Below are positions 61,601 to 64,000 of a stretch of 64,000 nucleotides of DNA, piece by piece. The stretch spans positions 7,244,201 through 7,308,200 of the forward strand of contig NC_092670.1 in assembly GCF_964355755.1 (NCBI RefSeq), given 5' to 3'. Both the position numbers and the translations under genes were made by a program. Origin of the DNA: Antedon mediterranea (taxonomy: Eukaryota > Animalia > Echinodermata). The notes under the pieces were generated by a model. The model ran no database searches. It had not been told where the DNA came from and saw only the letters and a program-made list of their open reading frames with translations. Within the stretch, counting starts at the first letter, position 1; every line of letters begins with the position of its first letter.

Positions 61601-64000
61601 CTAGTGTTAAGCTATTGTTTAGTGAGTCATTCAATTCTGTGTTAAATTGCCTTTGTTGAAGAGAGTAAAATATAAACACTGGCTTATCACTGTCTATTGT
61701 ATAGTCAACAGATCTAATAGATAGACACTTCTAAAATAACAGTGTAAATTTGATCTGTTTATACTGATAATTTTCCATTTTATATTAACTAAGTTTAAAT
61801 AAAATGCTTCAATCGACAATATTATTAGATATACTGATAATTGATTTAACATATGTCGGGTGTGACTCAATCGTCACATTATCTTTCTTCCATGGTGCGA
61901 CACGCGAGTCAACTATATGGAAACATGCAGGAACGGTATCGTCGGGAAATTTAGCACTAACATTTCATACGAGTGTTTATCATCAATATTTTATTATAGA
62001 GTAATTACAGTTCTGCTTTTTAATAATTAATTTGAAAATATCATTCTTTTCTTGCCATTGTGTCTTAGTTTTATAAGGTAAAATGTGATTACTGAATTTT
62101 GAATACATCTATTTTTTAACTGTGTTAATATCCCGTATAAAAGGCCGGGATATAGATATTTAGGAGACAAAAAACTGGAGATACATGCATTCTATTGTCT
62201 CCAGACATACGAGTATCAGGTGTACCAAATTGTCATGAAGGTATCTTAAAATGGCGGATTATAATACTCGTTATATCTTATTAAAAAGTAATATAAGTAG
62301 GCCTAATTATTATAATTATTATCTTTAGTTAGTACTTAAAAATCATAAACACTTACCGTATCATTTAACTTACTTTGTAATGTCATTGTTGTTGTTAGGT
62401 TGTACGACACAAGTTTTGTTTCTGGCAAAGGTCCGCCCCACCCTATGCCAACCAACCCCCCACCCCCACACCAGTTAAAACTCAATACAAGTGTGGATAA
62501 TGATGACATTTTATTTAAGTATCTTAAATTAATATAAAATATTACCTGTCAATAAGTTAGCAGTGGAAGCAGGAATTGTGAACTGAGACTCAATAAACTT
62601 TGGTACAAATTTGACAAAACCACTGACTATAGAAAACTCTGCACATGCCGTCATACATACAAAGAAGTATATTGGATTACTGACAAGTCTCCAGAACGCA
62701 TGAGGTAATTCTAGATAATAATAATAAAAAACAAATGTCAATAGTTGTCAATAATTCAATTAGTTTTGCTACGAGCAATACCAAAGTTTGGATGTAGAAC
62801 ATTTACTATAAATGTGTTTATCCAAACGTCAGTTTAACCATGGAGGATCACTAACATAAATCGAATTGTGCCTATTATAGTTTATAATATATGATCTATG
62901 TATATAATGACATGCACAGTGCTTTGGAAAGATTACGCACATGTAAAAACAGGTGCTAGGTAAACGTTCAACACATGACGTAACACACCTTTTAAGGATG
63001 AACTTTGAAAGCTCATTTGTACTCTTCCTTCTGAAGGATCTTTACAAACATCATCGTCAAGTTCTTCTTGTTTGTGCATCTTCTGTGGATACATTATTAT
63101 TGGACATGCTGTGAAAAATATGCAAATTGAACAGACGAGAAATCCTAGCCACCATGCACCCACCCACTGTTCATCGTCAGGTGATACCTTAATATCATCG
63201 TCATCAACACGTCCTACATCAACGTACACCTTCAGGAAAAGACTTCCGAATACATAGCCGAGTGCTGGACCTGCGGCTCCCATACAGTATAATACACCTG
63301 CCAAAATAGAATCTTACTTTAAGCGAACTCTGTACTACATACAATGTGTACGTAAGTCATAATAAGTAATAATAAATAATTGTATAATGCAAAACAGAAC
63401 TTAAATCATCAAAAAAAAGAGGAAACGTGTAGGCCTATAATTACTTAATTGTTATGTGCCCATAATATATTATATGTAAAGGATGATGTCATATCACTAC
63501 CATATTTGAGCATATCACTACATCTGGTAACACAATTTGTTTTTTCAAAAGTAGTGTAAATATAATAAACTATATGGCACTCCATGCGTGAGTTTGTTCC
63601 ATGGTTAAACACTCTTAAGTTAAGCTGATGACGTTCTTAGATATATTACGTGTATATACGTATTAATAAATCACAGACACGCATGGCAAATACGGAAAGG
63701 TTTGAAACCTCTAGGCCTATATAAATTACACGGATCTAGTAGTAAAATAATGTTCTACTTACTGATAAATATGGATCCTTCACTTCTCTTAGCAAAGTCA
63801 TCTATATATATAGTACCAAGCGTCAACACTGATGTTGATCCAATACCTATAAGAAACTCTGCTAGGATAAACACGGCAATGGTACCACGATGACTTATCT
63901 CTTGACTCTCACAAGTTAAGTTTTGTATGTTATTAGAAGATAAACACGTGTTTTCTAAATCTTCCATTTCATTAACAATAATATAAGATGGTTCATAAAC
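58659..64000 (-). CDS. Organic anion transporting polypeptide (SLCO/OATP family), 3' exons: >64000-63763, 63297-62989, 62710-62546, 60839-60641, 59906-59711, 59630-59381, 58948-58659
   Basis: LIGIGSTSVLTLGTIYIDD; GPALGYVFG...D.QWVGAWWLGF (OATP signature); Kazal-like CNTDCDCSSAQFQPIC...YFSPCHAGC; LRSV...RPFALGVQ...RLL; YIPSPTYFGAVIDTACILW..CG..GSC..YD. Ends ...ESTL*. Confidence 0.95.
60076..60147 (-). pseudogene. Degenerate tRNA-like sequence (tRNA pseudogene or SINE head) in an SLCO intron
   Basis: GCCCCAGTGGCCTAATAGTTGTGACATCTGCATATCACGCAGGAGGTTCCATTTTCGAATCTCTGTTGGGTG: A-box-like, anticodon-arm-like and TTCGAATC B-box-like segments at tRNA spacing, with mismatched stems. Confidence 0.45.

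Noticed and set aside
63620-63670. CTGATGA that could start another hammerhead (also CTGAAGA at ~58488)
   Set aside because: No stem II followed by GAAA.

Overview
AT-rich, intron-rich eukaryotic DNA; an invertebrate deuterostome, probably an echinoderm, is inferred from the HYR-rich protein and frequent TAGGCCTA. Three host genes are present. (1) The 3' end of an adhesion GPCR (324-1720, +). (2) A very large paralogous adhesion GPCR (~6109-54283, +). I could splice it by hand into 49 frame-compatible exons (~3,470 codons, signal-peptide exon not found) with the order D8C-like - 11xHYR - YWTD propeller - 3xHYR - 6xcbEGF - 8xHYR - EGF - Ig - SEA - HormR-like - GAIN/GPS - 7TM. (3) The 3' part of an SLCO/OATP transporter (58659-64000, -). 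One 9.7-kb intron holds a three-level nest: decayed LINE > young Ty3/Gypsy element (174-bp LTRs, ATATG TSD) > Kolobok-type DNA transposon (26-bp TIR, TTAA TSD). The two convergent Kolobok genes start from homologous inverted promoter/N-terminal segments. Other features are three Helentron/DINE-like elements, a Helitron, small MITEs, two minimal hammerhead-ribozyme motifs of the Penelope type and a palindromic satellite. All coordinates were read by eye and no database search was run.
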